Origin: Mantamonas sphyraenae STR306
Lineage: Eukaryota; Protista; CRuMs
Direction: 5' to 3'
Length of the DNA: 64,000 nt
Assembly: GCA_026936335.1 (NCBI GenBank)
Contig: JAPMXV010000055.1
Location: forward strand, 310,001 to 374,000
Shown: positions 12,501-25,269 of the stretch, in pieces
Layout of the letters: each line of letters begins with the position of its first letter
Numbering within the stretch: the stretch's first letter is position 1
Notes under the pieces: generated by a model
Told to the model about the DNA's origin: nothing
Seen by the model: the letters and a program-made list of their open reading frames with translations, nothing else
Databases searched by the model: none
Translations under genes and position numbers: made by a program

Positions 12501-15500
12501 TTCCAGCTCAACGTGTCGCGCAACTACGGCATCCCTGAGCTGAAGAAGGACCTGCAGGCGCTGTACGTCAAGGCTGGCGTCAAGAAGCAGGGTGTGTTGT
12601 TCTTGCTGAACGAGAGCCACATTGCGCACGAGGAGTTCCTTGTGTTTATCAACGACCTGTTGGCCTCGGGCAACATTGCGGATCTGTTCCCGCCCGAGGA
12701 CATGGACTCGATCATCAACAGCGTGACGCCAGACTTTAAGGAGACAGGCCAGATTGTCAACAGGGACAACGTGTGGACATTTTTCATCCAGCAGGTGCGT
12801 CAACACCTGCACGTCGTGCTTGCTTTTTCGCCTGCAGGCGATACGCTGCGTGTGCGCGCACGCAAGTTCCCGGCGCTGGTCAACTCGACGGTGATCGACT
12901 GGTTCCACCCGTGGCCACAGACCGCCCTTGTTTCTGTGGCCGGTCGCTTCCTGGCCGACACGGACTTGGACACGGATGACATTGCCACCAGTGTGATCAG
13001 CTTCATGGCGTACGCGCAGCAGAGCGTGCTGGAGGCCAGCAAGCGCTACCTGGAGGAGGAGAACAGGCACACACACGTGACGCCCAAGAGCTTCCTGGAG
13101 TCGGTGGCGCTGTACAAGAAGATGCTTGCGGAGCGGCGATCGGCCATTGCACACCGTCGCGAAGAGCTGGAAAACGGCCTGCAGAAGCTCAAGTCGACGT
13201 CGCAAAAGGTGGAGGATTTGGAGAAGCAGCTGCGGGAGAAGCAGGTGCAGGTGGCGGAGAAGACGGAGGCGACCAACGAGCTGTTGGCGCATGTGGGCCG
13301 CGACCGCAACGACGTGGACGAAAAGAGCAAGGATGCGGCCAAGCAGGAGCAGCTGATGCACGAGTTGGCCGAAGAGGTGGCGGAGAAGCAACGCGCTGCG
13401 GCTGCCGAGCTGGCAAACGCCATGCCGGAACTGGAGCGCGCACAGGCTGCGCTGGGCAAGGTGGATCCAAAGGAGATCACAAACATCAAGGCGTACGCAA
13501 ACCCGCCGCAGGAGGTGGCCACATGCCTGTATGCGGTGCAGACTCTGACCTCGGAGAAACCCGTGAAGGAACGCGACCTGTCGTGGAACAACGTCAAGAA
13601 GTACATTGGCGGCGTGACGCAGTTTATGAAGTTCCTGAGCGAGTTTGACGCCAAGAACATCCCGGAAATCAACCTGGAGAAGGTCAAGGTGTACACGGAA
13701 GACGAAAGCATCGGATACGACCGTTTGATGCAGGTGTCGTCTGCGGCGGCTGCGCTGTGGGAGTGGCTGACGTCGATCATTCGCTTCAACACCATCTCGA
13801 AAAAGGTGGACCCGCTGCAAGAGGCGCTGGACGAGGCCACGGAGGAGCTGCAAGCCAAGGAGGCGGAGCTGCGCAGCATCAAGCGCACGGTGGATCACCT
13901 GAACCAGAAGCTGGAGCAGCTGACGGAGCGATTCCAGCGCGCACGCGAGGACAAGGTTGCCACGGAGCAGGAGGCAGCCGAGTACCAACTGAAGCTGGAT
14001 TTGGCCAGGCGCCTGATCAACGGCCTGTCGATTGAGCGTCTGCGCTGGACCGAGGGCGTGGACAAGCTGAAGCGCGAGGAGAGCACTCTCGTGGGAGACG
14101 TGCTGCTGTCGAGCGCGTTCATCTCGTATGCGGGCTCGTTCAACCGCAACTTCCGAAGCGACCTTGTGAACGACAAGTGGATTCCGTACCTGGAAGCCAA
14201 CAGTGTGCCCATGACGGAGAATCTGGACATGCTGAGCTCGATGACGGACGAGGCCGAAATGGCCGTGTGGTTCAACGAGGGCCTGCCCACAGACAAGGTG
14301 TCTGTGGAGAACGCCGTGATCACGCTCAACAGCGAGCGCTGGCCGCTGTTTATCGACCCGCAGCTGCAGGCGTCCACGTGGATCCGCAATCGCCTGGGCA
14401 ACAAGCGCCTGCATGTGGTGCGCATGAACGAGCCGGAAAAGGCCCTGCAGGCGTTGGAGTACGCCATTTCCTCGGGTGATCCGTGCCTGATTGAAAACAT
14501 CGGCGAAGACATCGACCCGATGCTGGAGGCTGTGATTGGCCGCAAGAAGATCCCACGTGGACGCACGAACCTGGTGCGCCTGGGAGAGAAGGAGATCGAG
14601 TGGGACGAGGGATTCCGCCTGTTCTTGCAGACCAAGGACGGCAACCCGCACTTTAAGCCCGAGCTTCAGGCTGAGACACCCTGATCAACTTTACGGTGAC
14701 GGAAGACGGCCTGGAGGAGCAGCTGCTGGCGCAGGTGATGCAAAAAGAGCTGCCGGAGCTGGAGAACCGCAAGACGGAGCTGATCCAGCAGCAGAACGAT
14801 TTCAAGATCACACTGAAGCAGTGTCGCAAGAGCCTTCTGGAGAACTTGAGCAACGCGCGCGAAGAGACGATCCTGACCAACACGGAGCTGATCGAGAACC
14901 TGGAGCGCACGAAGGAGGTGGCACGCGAGATTGACGAAAAGTTTGAGATCGCACGCGAAAACGAAAAGGAGATCGACAAGAACCGCAACGAGTTCAAGCC
15001 CGTGGCTGCACGTGCTGCGCTGTTGTACTTTTTGCTGGACGACATGAGCAACATTAGCCACGAGTACCGTTACAGCCTAGTGACGTTCACCGAGGTGTTC
15101 AACAAGGCCATCGACGCGACTGAACGCTCGTCGACCGACGAGGAGATTGCAGAGCGTGTGGCCAACCTGGTGGACAACATCACGCTGGCCGTGTTCCTGT
15201 ACGTGTCTCGCGGTCTGTTTGAGCGCCACAAGCCGATCTTTGCGCTGCAGCTGGCGATCAACATCCTGCGCAAGCGTGGCGAGATCCGCGACGAAGAGCT
15301 GTCGTACCTGCTGCGCGGCAAACCGACGAGCGCCGAGGAGAACCCGCTGGAGGAGTGGCTGACGGATGAAAACTGGCTGGCCGTCAAGAGCCTGTCGAGC
15401 CTGGCACACTTCAACGGCCTGGTGGACGACGTGCTGAACAGCGAAAAGGCCTGGCGCAAGTGGATGGAGTCGGGCGTGCCAGAAAAGACGAAACTGCCAA

Positions 15501-17506
15501 GTGACTGGCGCAACAAGGAGGAGTTCCAGAAGCTGCTGTTGCTGAAGGCATTCCGTCCCGACCGTCTGGGCTACGCGGTGAACAACTTTGTGCGCGAGAA
15601 GCTGGGCGATGCGTTTGTGGACGGCCAGAACGAACAGCTGCCGCAGATCTTCCTGGAGACGACGCCGGCCATCCCGATCTTCTTTATCCTGAGCCCCGGT
15701 GTGGATCCGGTGAAGAGTGTGGAGCGCCTGGGCGTGCAGTACGACAAGACGGTGGCCAACGGCAAGTTCCTGGACATCTCGCTGGGTCAGGGCCAGGAAG
15801 GCAAGGCAATGGCGGCGCTGCGCTCTGCGTACAAGAAGGGTGCGTGGGTGATGCTGGAAAACATCCACCTGACGCCCAAGTGGCTTCCGGAGCTGGAGAA
15901 GGAGCTGGAGGAGCTTGCAGAAGGGTCGCACCCGGATTTCCGAGTGTGGCTTACGGCGGAGCCCGAGAAGGAGGGACGCACGTACACGGACGGCAGCAAG
16001 CCTGCGGTGCCGCCTGCGATCCTGCAGAGCGCCATCAAGGTGACAAACGAGCCGCCGACGGGCGTGCGGGCAAACTTTTTGCGCGCATGGAGCAACTTTG
16101 GTCCCGAAACGTTTGAGCGTGTGCAGAGCAAGGTGAACGAGTTCAAGACGCTGCTGTTCTCGCTGAACTACTTCCACGCATTGCTTGTGGAGCGACGCAA
16201 GTTTGGATTCCAGGGCTGGAACAGGGTGTACAACTTCAACACGGGCGACCTGACCATCTGCACGGACGTGCTGGTGAACTACCTGGAGAAGGAGGACAAG
16301 ATCCCGTGGGACGACCTGCGCTACATGTTTGGCGAAATCATGTATGGAGGTCACATCTCGGACGACTGGGACCGCCGCCTGTGCTCCACGTACCTGAGCA
16401 CCATCATGAACGAGCGCAACCTGTTTGAGGACACGGTGCTGATGCCGTCGAACGTGGTGCTGCCGCAACCGACGACATACGACAAGTACACGGAGTACAT
16501 CCGCGAGGTGTTTGCCGAGGAGAACCCGAACATGTTTGGACTGCACAGCAACTCGGAGATTGGTTCGCTGAAGATGGAGGGCGACCGCATGTTCAAGACC
16601 ATCCTGAAGCTGCAGAGCGGCAGCGGACAGGTGGTGGGTGCCGAGCCTCCCAAGGTGCGTGCAACGGCGTTCATCCGCGAACAGATGGACAAGTATCCTG
16701 CACCGCCCTTTGACATGGAGGAGCTGCTGGGCCGCATGGAGCCGCACGAGCGCTCGCCGTACGTGAACACGGCCCTGCAGGAGTGCGATAGGATGAACAC
16801 GCTGATTGCAGAAATCCTGCGCTCGCTGAAGGAGCTGGAGCAGGGCATCAACGGCGACATGGCCATGAGTGAGGCGATGGAAGAGCTGATGATGGCCATT
16901 TACGACCAGCGTGTGCCGGCATCGTGGACCAAGGTGGCATACCCCAGCGTCAAGTCGCTGTCTGCGTGGATTATCGACCTGGACGAGCGTGTGCACATGC
17001 TGGACGACTGGTCGTCCACGCTGGAGCTGCCCACAGTGACGTCGCTGTCGATGCTGTTCTCACCGCAGTCTTTCCTGACCGCTGTGATGCAAACGACCGC
17101 ACGCAAGCACGGCTGGGACCTGGACCGTATGGCCATCCAAACAGAGGTGTACAAGAAGGGCATCGACGACCTGATGCGCAAGGCTGCCGAGGATCCTGGA
17201 GAAGCCAGCAGGCGCGAGGGTGTCTATGTGCTGGCTGGGTACATCGAGGGTGCTCGCTTCGACACGGGCGCCAACTCGCTGAAGGAGGCCAAGCCGTCGG
17301 AGCTGTACCCAGAGGCGCCCATGCCTGTGCTGTACCTCAAGGCGGTCACCAAGGACAAGTTGGAGACCACCAACGTGTACGACTGCCCCGTGTACGTCAC
17401 GCCGCGTCGTGGACCGACCTATGTGTGGACCCTTGGCTTGCGCACAACCGAACCCGCAGAAAAGTGGACACTGGCTGGTACGGCGATCCTGCTGACGACT
17501 GCGTGA
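3552..17506 (+). CDS. DNAH17: Axonemal outer-arm dynein heavy chain, beta type (DNAH9/11/17 family); exons 3552-3614, 3950-4129, 4308-17506 with a 1-nt-deletion frame break at ~14677
   Basis: Spliced N-terminus DERVEWLREK|VFSSMKVKADNKWSKM...FPTSLPRK|ACFFLR matches the OAD-beta N-terminus. Motifs: GPLVELDFW, AAA1 GPAGTGKT and CFDEFNR, further P-loops GNTGTGKT, GPAGVGKT, GVGGSGKQ, stalk, and C-terminal RGPTYVW...KW.LAG. The conserved ELQAETTLINFTV is split between ORFs 4242..14684 and 14696..17506. Symbol denotes the family; DNAH9/11/17 cannot be distinguished here. Confidence 0.93.
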
Positions 17507-17593
17507 GGAATGATGGAGCGATGACGGGGAGTTTGGAAGGGGAAGGGGATGGAAGGAGAAAGAAACAAAAACGCGCGAGTTTTCCCAAGGCAA

Positions 17594-17998
17594 ATGAGTT
17601 TGGTGCGAGACAAGGTCGTCCCAATGTTGCTAGGTCTTGCAGTGGCTGGTGGGGTTGGACTAGTGGTCCACGTGGGTCTGGAGAGGAGAGGCGAGGTGGG
17701 CTTCCGCAACATGAAGCCCTTTGTAAAGGAAGAAACTGAGCTGCAGCGCCTGTACGAGGCGCGCGAGTGGCCCTACCCAGGCGACAGCGAGAAAGTGAAA
17801 GAGTTCTTGGAGAACGAGTGGAACACGAATCCGCAGATGGAACTGCGGGCTGGGAAGCTGACGGCAAACGAACGCATGGAGCGCGAGGCTGACGAACTCA
17901 GGCTAAAGCTGAAGCGGGAGGAGGGCAAGAGGCTGGTTAGGGCAGGCATGTATACGGACTTGAAAGCCGCCATGGGAGATGATTGGCAGGAGGGATGA
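17594..17998 (+). CDS. Hypothetical 134-aa protein with one N-terminal hydrophobic segment
   Basis: Open frame filling the gap between dynein and the next gene. MSLVRDKVVPMLLGLAVAGGVGLVVHVG is TM-like and is followed by a charged helical region. Confidence 0.6.
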   Translation: MSLVRDKVVPMLLGLAVAGGVGLVVHVGLERRGEVGFRNMKPFVKEETELQRLYEAREWPYPGDSEKVKEFLENEWNTNPQMELRAGKLTANERMEREADELRLKLKREEGKRLVRAGMYTDLKAAMGDDWQEG

Positions 17999-18054
17999 GT
18001 TGTTGCGTGGCAGTGGGAAAGGAGTTGACCTGACCATTGATTTGCTTCCCAAAA

Positions 18055-21000
18055 TCACTCTCGCGACTCACCTGCAAGGCCCAGTCGCTCCATCCATCGC
18101 CTGACTCGCATAGCAGCTCGCTTGCGATGCAGATTCTTGAGCAGCTTCTTGAGAGCGTCTGCGGCGGGCACTGAGAGCGAGTCTGCCGCCAGCACCCACA
18201 CGGCAGCCAGTGCCTCGTCAGGATTCATGACAGTGTTGCCTGCCTGCCAGAACTGCACCAAGGCATCCGTGCCACCCAACTGGCGAATCTGTTCGAGGGC
18301 GTTGTGCAACTCGCTCGCGTCGTCTTCGTCCAGGACGACGTGCATGAGAGCGTACTCCACATGGTCGGCATAGTCTGGGCGAATGAACCGGTTGGTTAGG
18401 GTTTCTGCCAGACGTTTGCGGAAGGTCAGCGAGCCCTGGGCCTTCTTGCTCTCGGAGCCACGCAGCCAACGCACAAACAGCCTGCGTGCGTCCAGGGCCA
18501 GCGAGCTGACAGCCACACACACAATACCCACCACGAGCACAATCACACACGTGGCCCACGCATCTGCAGCCGCACGTCCGATTTCACGCTGATTCAGAAA
18601 CACCAGACCTGCAACCATGCACACCGCGTTTCCCGTCAGCAGAAGCAGTTCCACCCTGTTCTGCGTCTTGGTGCGGTATGGCATAACCACAGCTTGAATC
18701 ACGCTGGCCACACCCAGCACGATGAATCCCAGCAACCCTTGGAGCGTGGGCAGGAACGTCGCAAACAGCCGCACCGCCACAATCATCGCCTTGCGCAGCA
18801 TCACCACCGCTTCAAACTGGTACCACTCGTCCCGGTACTTGCTGTACAGCGTCGAGAACCGCTCCGCAAACCGTGCCTCCAGACGCGCCCCGCGTGTTCC
18901 ACCACGCACACGCATCACCGTCACAAACAGCACAGGGATGCCCACCACATACACAAGCAGAAACACGCTCGCCCACCCAACAAGCTCCACATGCTTTCCT
19001 CCAGCCACATAGCACACCATGTCCGGCTGCGCATCCAGCACTCGCGTCGTCGCATTCACTTCCGTGCAGTCAAACATCTGCAGCACCTGTGTACACAGCG
19101 TAATGTACAGCAGCGACAGCGACAGCATGATCTCGTTCACCAGCAGTCGCCGCGTGCGGATGTTCACTGACGACGATTGCGTGAATGCCGTGCTGAACTG
19201 GTACCTCACGTGGTGCAGCAGCCCCTCCTCCACTCCAGGCTTCCTGCACAGCCTCGGAAACTGCGCCTCAAACTTGCTTCCAAACCGCTGCACCAGACCG
19301 TGATGCATCGCCTGCAAACCAAGCCGCAGCAGCATTCCCGCCCACAGCACCACTGGCAGACACATCGACACCCAAAACTTCGTCTCCACACCCCAGTCCA
19401 GTCCAGATTGGCAATCCGGCGCACCCACACTCACGTCCAGGTTCAGCACGCCCAGCCCGTTCAACACGTTCTGTGTGCTTTCGGGCCACTGCAGCTGAAA
19501 GTCTGCAAACATCGCAAGCACCTGCAGGTTCGTAATCACAATCGACACCACTCCCGTCTGTCCACTCACCGCCATTGCTGCCAGCCGCTTGATCCCCATC
19601 AGCACCAGTACATACACCACCAGGGCAATAAGCACCAGCTGCGTCGCAGATTCGCTTCCATTGTCGCACGGCGCACAGTCGTTCGACACTCGGTAGTAGC
19701 CTGTCGAGCACTGCGCACACAGCCTTCCTGTGTACCCCTGTGCACACGATGAATCCACACCGCCTGTGCACGCCTTGACGTTGGGGCAGCGTGTGAAGCG
19801 GAAGGACGAACCCGAGCCCGTGTTGAAGTAGCCTGCCAGCGCACGCGGTTTCTCCAGCAGGCCAAGGCACTGTGCGTTGGGCGGGCAGGGTGCGCACGCT
19901 TCGCCAGCTCGGCCGTTGGGCGCGTAGAAACCGGGCACACACTTGCAGCCCGTGCTGTTGTCTGCGTCCTGGTCGAAAAGATAGGTTGTCGCGGGACAGA
20001 AAACGGCGATAGACAGCAATACGGGCGGTGAAGTGGCTGTAAAAGACTGCCCCCCATCCAGAGACACTTCCACTGCAAGCAAACCCGATGGCATGTCCTC
20101 AACCAGCTGCACGACAAGAGTTTGTGTGTCCTCGCGTACAGCGGACAATTTGGTCTCACGGAACTGCACCAGGATGCTACCGGTGTCCACAAAGCCTGTG
20201 CCTTTCACGGTGACGTTGACACGTTGACCAGGATCCAAGCGCTGTGGCGAGACCCTGGACACGGTGGGTGTGTCGAACGCGACAAGGCGTGCACCCGTGT
20301 CCACGTACTGCTGCCCATTCATCGCCACCCATGCCGACAGCGTCACAGGTCGTCCTTGGCCGCCTCCATACCCCGTACTCGTAAACGCAATCTCCCCCGA
20401 GCTCACCGCTTGCTCCACACTCAGTGGTCCGCTCGTCCACCCCCTGACCCGCTTTCGCGCAGCTCCACACGTGTCTCGCCCCACAGCACAGCTGCCTTTG
20501 GCAGCACCCCCGTCAGACGCACTCGTGTTGTGCCCCCGCTCGCTCGCACTCCCCCAGGCACACTCCCATTCACTGCCACTGCCCCATAGTACTCCACAGC
20601 CGTGCTGCTCTCCACCCAGTCTCCCACGCTCGCTCCTCCATTCACAGACACACGCACTCGTCCCTGTCCGCCACTGCTCCCCGATCCCCCATATCCGTTC
20701 GTACGCACCACAATCTCACGCACACTCGCCACCCGCACAATCGTCATGTCCGTGTACCCGCCTCCTGCGTCACATTGCACACGCAGTCCCCGTACGCTAC
20801 CCGCCACTCCAGGCACATCCACAAAGTTGTCTCCACGCACAGTCACCTCTGTTCCGCCCGCCAAAGGACTTCCCACAGGTGCGATGCTGCTCACACTCGG
20901 TCGCACAATCGCATACACAAGCCCTGTCCCCATGCTGTACGTCTGTCCGTTCTGGCTCAGCCTCACCACCGCTTGCGTCTTGCCTCCGTCCAGCAGTGGA

Positions 21001-24000
21001 CTCACGCACTCCACAATCCCGCTTCCGGGGCCCTCCACACCGCGTGCCACCACACTGCAGTTTCCACTCTCTTGCGCGTCATACCTCACTCGCAACACAG
21101 GCTGCTCACTCCCGTCCAGCAGCTGCTCCACAAAGTACTGCACCACAGTCGCATACCCTGCCGGTCCTGCACTCACACTCATGTTCCGCACCACAAGCTC
21201 AGGATACACCACAAACGTGTTTCCTGCCCCGCCCCCCGTCCCGTCCAACACATCCTCCCAGTCCTCTCCGTTCATGCTCATTCGCAGCCCTCCACGCGCA
21301 ACCCCACTCCCTCCGATCCCGCCAACCTGGAACGACACCACGTTGCCTGCCACGCTCCCATTCAGCACCCCACTGTTTGCTCCGTTACCCACAATCTCCA
21401 CCAGCACACGCGCCTCCGTCGACGCTGGCACACTTGCGTTCAGCCGCACTTCCACGCTGCTGCTCTGTTCCCGCGGTCCTCCAAACGGCGACACGCTCAC
21501 GCCACTCAGCCGGCTGTGGTAAAAGTACTGAATGCCTGCCGTCGTGAACGTTGTCCCTCCGTTGATGCTCACTGCCACAGGCACAAACCCACCATTGGCA
21601 CTTGTTGCCGCAGGTGTCTGCACCACCAGCTCTGTTTCACTGACCCATGTGTGCGTGGCCATCTGTGTGCCGATGCGCACCACCACCGAGCTCGAGTTGT
21701 CTGCCACTTGCAGCAGGTTGGCGCCGCGCACGGTGACGCTCGTGTTGCCACGCACAGGGCCCAGCCTTGGGGTCACTCCGGTCACACTCGGCTCTACCAC
21801 ACCCAAGGGCACAGACGCCGTGCTGTACTGTTTGCCGCCGTTCAGAGACACCGTCACAGGCACGTTTGTGACACCAAGACCTCCTGGCGTTGTAAAGCGG
21901 ACGTGCGTGCTGTTCACAAATGTTCCCTCGACGTCTGCGAACGCACCCAGTCTGACTTGAATGCCTTGCGTGTCCGTGAAGATGTACCAACGACGTAGGC
22001 TTGAGTGACCAGGTTGGATGGAACCGAAGGCGGCGATATCGCCGTCAGCCCAAACTCGGCGTACGCAAGGTACCGCAGCTGCGGACTGGGCTGCGTGTAA
22101 GCTTGCTCATCAAATGTGACCTGGACATCGTACTCGCCCACTTGAGTGACATTTGCTGACAAACACTCCAAGAGCGTGTCTGAACGCACAGTCGTAGCCT
22201 GCAATGTGGTGAACGCCGGGCCAGGGGCCCCATTCAGCCGTTGCTGGTACCTGCACTTCAAGTTGGATGTGCCTGAGAAGCCTTCACCGCGTATGGTGAT
22301 TGGAGGTGCAGAGGATGTGGGCCCAGCAGATCCCGACAGCGTTTCGATGGCACGGAACACGCGAACAGAAGTCGCCTCTGACAGTGGTACCGTGTCCGGG
22401 CTCAATCCGACCTGCAGGCGAGCGGTCCCGGCAACGTCCAGGGTGGCTGCAAACTCCAACGTTGACGGCGGGTTGTGTGTGCCCATGATCACGCGTGACT
22501 GTCCATTGGCAAGCGTTGCCACCATCTTTGCATATCCCGTGTTGAAGAATGGAATGGACACAAACCCAATCGAGAGCTGAGACGATACGTTGAAAGGCAC
22601 ACTTCCCTGGGAGATCGTGATGATGCGAGTATGCGTGTACGTCGTGATGGCCACTCCCGCTGGAAAACCTTCGTTGGCACTGATATGGTCACAGTCACCA
22701 GGTTCCAACACGTTCAGCAGCTTCAGTGGGGAGGGTGCGTTAATATCGGTAGAAATGGACAGGTTCCCACGTGCCGTGGTCGCGTTGACACGCTGCAGCG
22801 GGGTTGGTGACACAGGAATGAGGGTTGCACCAACCGGAAACATGTACAACGCCACCGTATCCAACAACAGTGTCTTGTTCACGTGAACGGTCATATCTGT
22901 GTAGTAGGTGAGGGTGGCACTGCTGACCGGAAGGAAGGCTTGCGTTGTCGAAACCACAGCCATATTCTTGTCTCGTAATGTGACAGAACCCATCCGCAAG
23001 TCCTGCGAGCTAGGCAGCGAGAGGTAAACGTCAAGGACACGCTCAAGGTACGCTTCCACGCTGCTGCGTTGTGGCAGCAAGTGACCGCTGACAATCGGGA
23101 AATATTTAGAACGACCGCACGACGTGGAGCGGGTTACCACATTCGTCGCGTTTGGAGGGCCTCCTGAAGTCAGTGTGAGGTTGCAATAGAAGCCTTTTCC
23201 CAAATTCCCAAACAGTAAAGGCGAGTCGCCCATGGGGTACGCCAAAGAACGACCTCGGTCGACGACAACCACGCCTGTGCCTGGCATGGGCCACTGAGTG
23301 TAGCAATTGCCGAAATTACTCGAAAAAGGCACCTTGCCTGTGAAGTTGGCGACGAGCACGAACTGCGGGCTCGCCGGCGCCCGCTTGGGAGTACTGGGAC
23401 ACAGCGTAAAACTCGTACGCGGTCTTTGGATCGAGAGCACTGGCCTGTGACGCGTTCATAGAGCATTGCACAATTGTCGACGACCAGGCAACACAAGAAA
23501 TCGACAAGCCCGTGCTGCTTCCACTCGCTCTCAGGAGCACCTTGGTGCTGTTGGAAAGATTTCGCCCGCGCAATACCATGCGCTCTGCAGCCGCATCTGT
23601 TGCCACGGCGATAAAGTCCATCCCATCTAGCTCGGGAACGCTCACATTGCAAATGGACTTTCCAGGAGCGTCGGTGGTCCATCCAGCGGCACAGGGCACG
23701 CAAGACCGCTGCTCCGAATTTGCAAAGTCTCCCTGCTCGCATGGGGTACAGCTGCTGTTGCCAAAGGTCGACGTGCCGTTTGCACAGGCACTACACGAGA
23801 AGTTTCCTGAGCTTGATGGTGATTCTCCCGCTGGACACAGGAGAACATGCAACACTTCAACAACTGACACTTGCAATGGTTCCTTGCGGTTCGAAAGGGG
23901 CAGCACACGTTTCACCGCGGCGTCAGAGAGATCTGCAAGTGCCAGTGATGATTCATGCTGCACGAATACGTACAACGCACCAGTTACAGGGTTCCATCCA

Positions 24001-25259
24001 CCTGTGTTCGAACGTGGTGCGGTAGGTGACCCCGATATCGAAAACGTCATCGAGTGAAGCATTCTCCCATCGCTTACGTTGTGCCTTGCTACGCTCAACG
24101 AGGGAACACCGAGCAGCTGTGGAATGACCATGAACACGGAACCATTCACAGCCAGAAATGGGACCTGTCGCCTTTTGCCCGTGCCACCCGTCACACTCTT
24201 GGCCAAGTACACCAAGGCACCGGTTTGTCGATCAAGCGCCACGACAACGGCATGTTGGCCCGTTAACTGGCCATAAACGCGATCTGTATCATCTGGAAGC
24301 CTGGCTGTGATCAGGACGGATCGGTTGATTCCAGCGTCGACCGAGCGTGCAAACGTAGCAAATGAAGTCTGGAAGATTGGATCGGCCAATACGAACACAT
24401 TCGCAGCCACCAACGTCGTTTGCGAGGTGTCAGACCACGGCACCATGTAGAACGAAACGAAGCTCGCGTCGTTTACGTCAGGTGCGGTGAAAAGCCACAC
24501 GGTTTCGTCGACAAGCGTTGCGTGCACAGTCACGTTCCCCTGCACTGGTTTCTCCACCACAGAGTAGTCTGTTCTGTTCAGCATCACCAAAGTCGTGTTC
24601 ATGTTGACGGTGTCATCTCGGTGGACGTACGCGAAAAAGATGCGTTCCGCTTGCACAAGTGCGCCGCCAACGACGTAGCTGTGCAGCATGTTCTCACCAG
24701 TGGTGCCCACGCCCAATCGTTGGAACCGCCACACAAAATCTGCCTTGTCCATTGTGACCCGCACGTCGTTGCTCGATGGCAAAGTGGTGTTGAAGCGCAA
24801 AATACCCGCCCACACATTCGAGCTTTGATCATTTCCACAGCCTGGCGCAAAGGCACACCCTCGCCCAGCTCCTCCCAGAAACACGTGGTTGTCGTCTACG
24901 AGCATGGCCACGGACACAGCCATCGGGCGGCCGTCTGTCGATCCGTCCACTGGTGGCAGGTGCAAGTTCAGCGACAATTTGATGTCCGTCATGTCGCTAG
25001 AGTACACCACCACCGTCGCAATTATGTAATTACTCCCAGTAGACCCTGTGCGTGGCATATAATGATATACAGCTACCACGTCGCCGTTGCTACGGTGGAG
25101 CACCGTGGCACCCGTTGTCTGCGACGTGAGCACGACCTCATCCGTTATCGTCCGTGAAAACGGCCAATCGTTTGCAGCAGCATTGCATGCAACAACTGCA
25201 AGAATAACGGCCAATGTCCATACAACGGACACACGTTGGTGGTGCGGTACAGTCTTCAT
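18055..25259 (-). CDS. Giant surface receptor paralog 1: signal peptide, unique ectodomain, Cys-rich (GCC2/GCC3-like) repeats, multiple IPT/TIG domains, multi-pass TM domain; broken by three -1 frame breaks (~23375, ~21980, ~20442). Either a pseudogene or assembly errors
   Basis: ORFs 23316..25343, 21914..23440, 20421..21917 and 18055..20484 line up collinearly with the intact paralog 25270..32514. Signal peptide MKTVPHH...LAVILAVVACNAAA; TIG motifs (P.V..V.P..GP..G.T.VTV.G.N); CxxC repeats; hydrophobic C-terminal helices. Confidence 0.8.
18743..19929. repeat. Near-identical block A, copy 1 (copy 2 at 26114-27300)
   Basis: Direct comparison shows only scattered substitutions at a constant offset of 7371. 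Encodes the Cys-rich linker and most TM helices. Confidence 0.95.
20272..21851. repeat. Near-identical block B, copy 1 (copy 2 at 27661-29241)
   Basis: Direct comparison shows near-identity, with the offset changing from 7389 to 7390 at a C-run (5 vs 6 C). Encodes TIG repeats. Confidence 0.95.
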
Positions 25260-25269
25260 TCGGTTGGAT

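Noticed and set aside
4212-16996. Very long antisense ORFs opposite the first dynein (e.g. 10272..14651, 1459 aa; 7389..10193; 15077..16996)
   Set aside because: Shadow ORFs. Strong GC3 codon bias removes antisense stops, and the products are L/V/H/Q-rich with no recognisable motifs.
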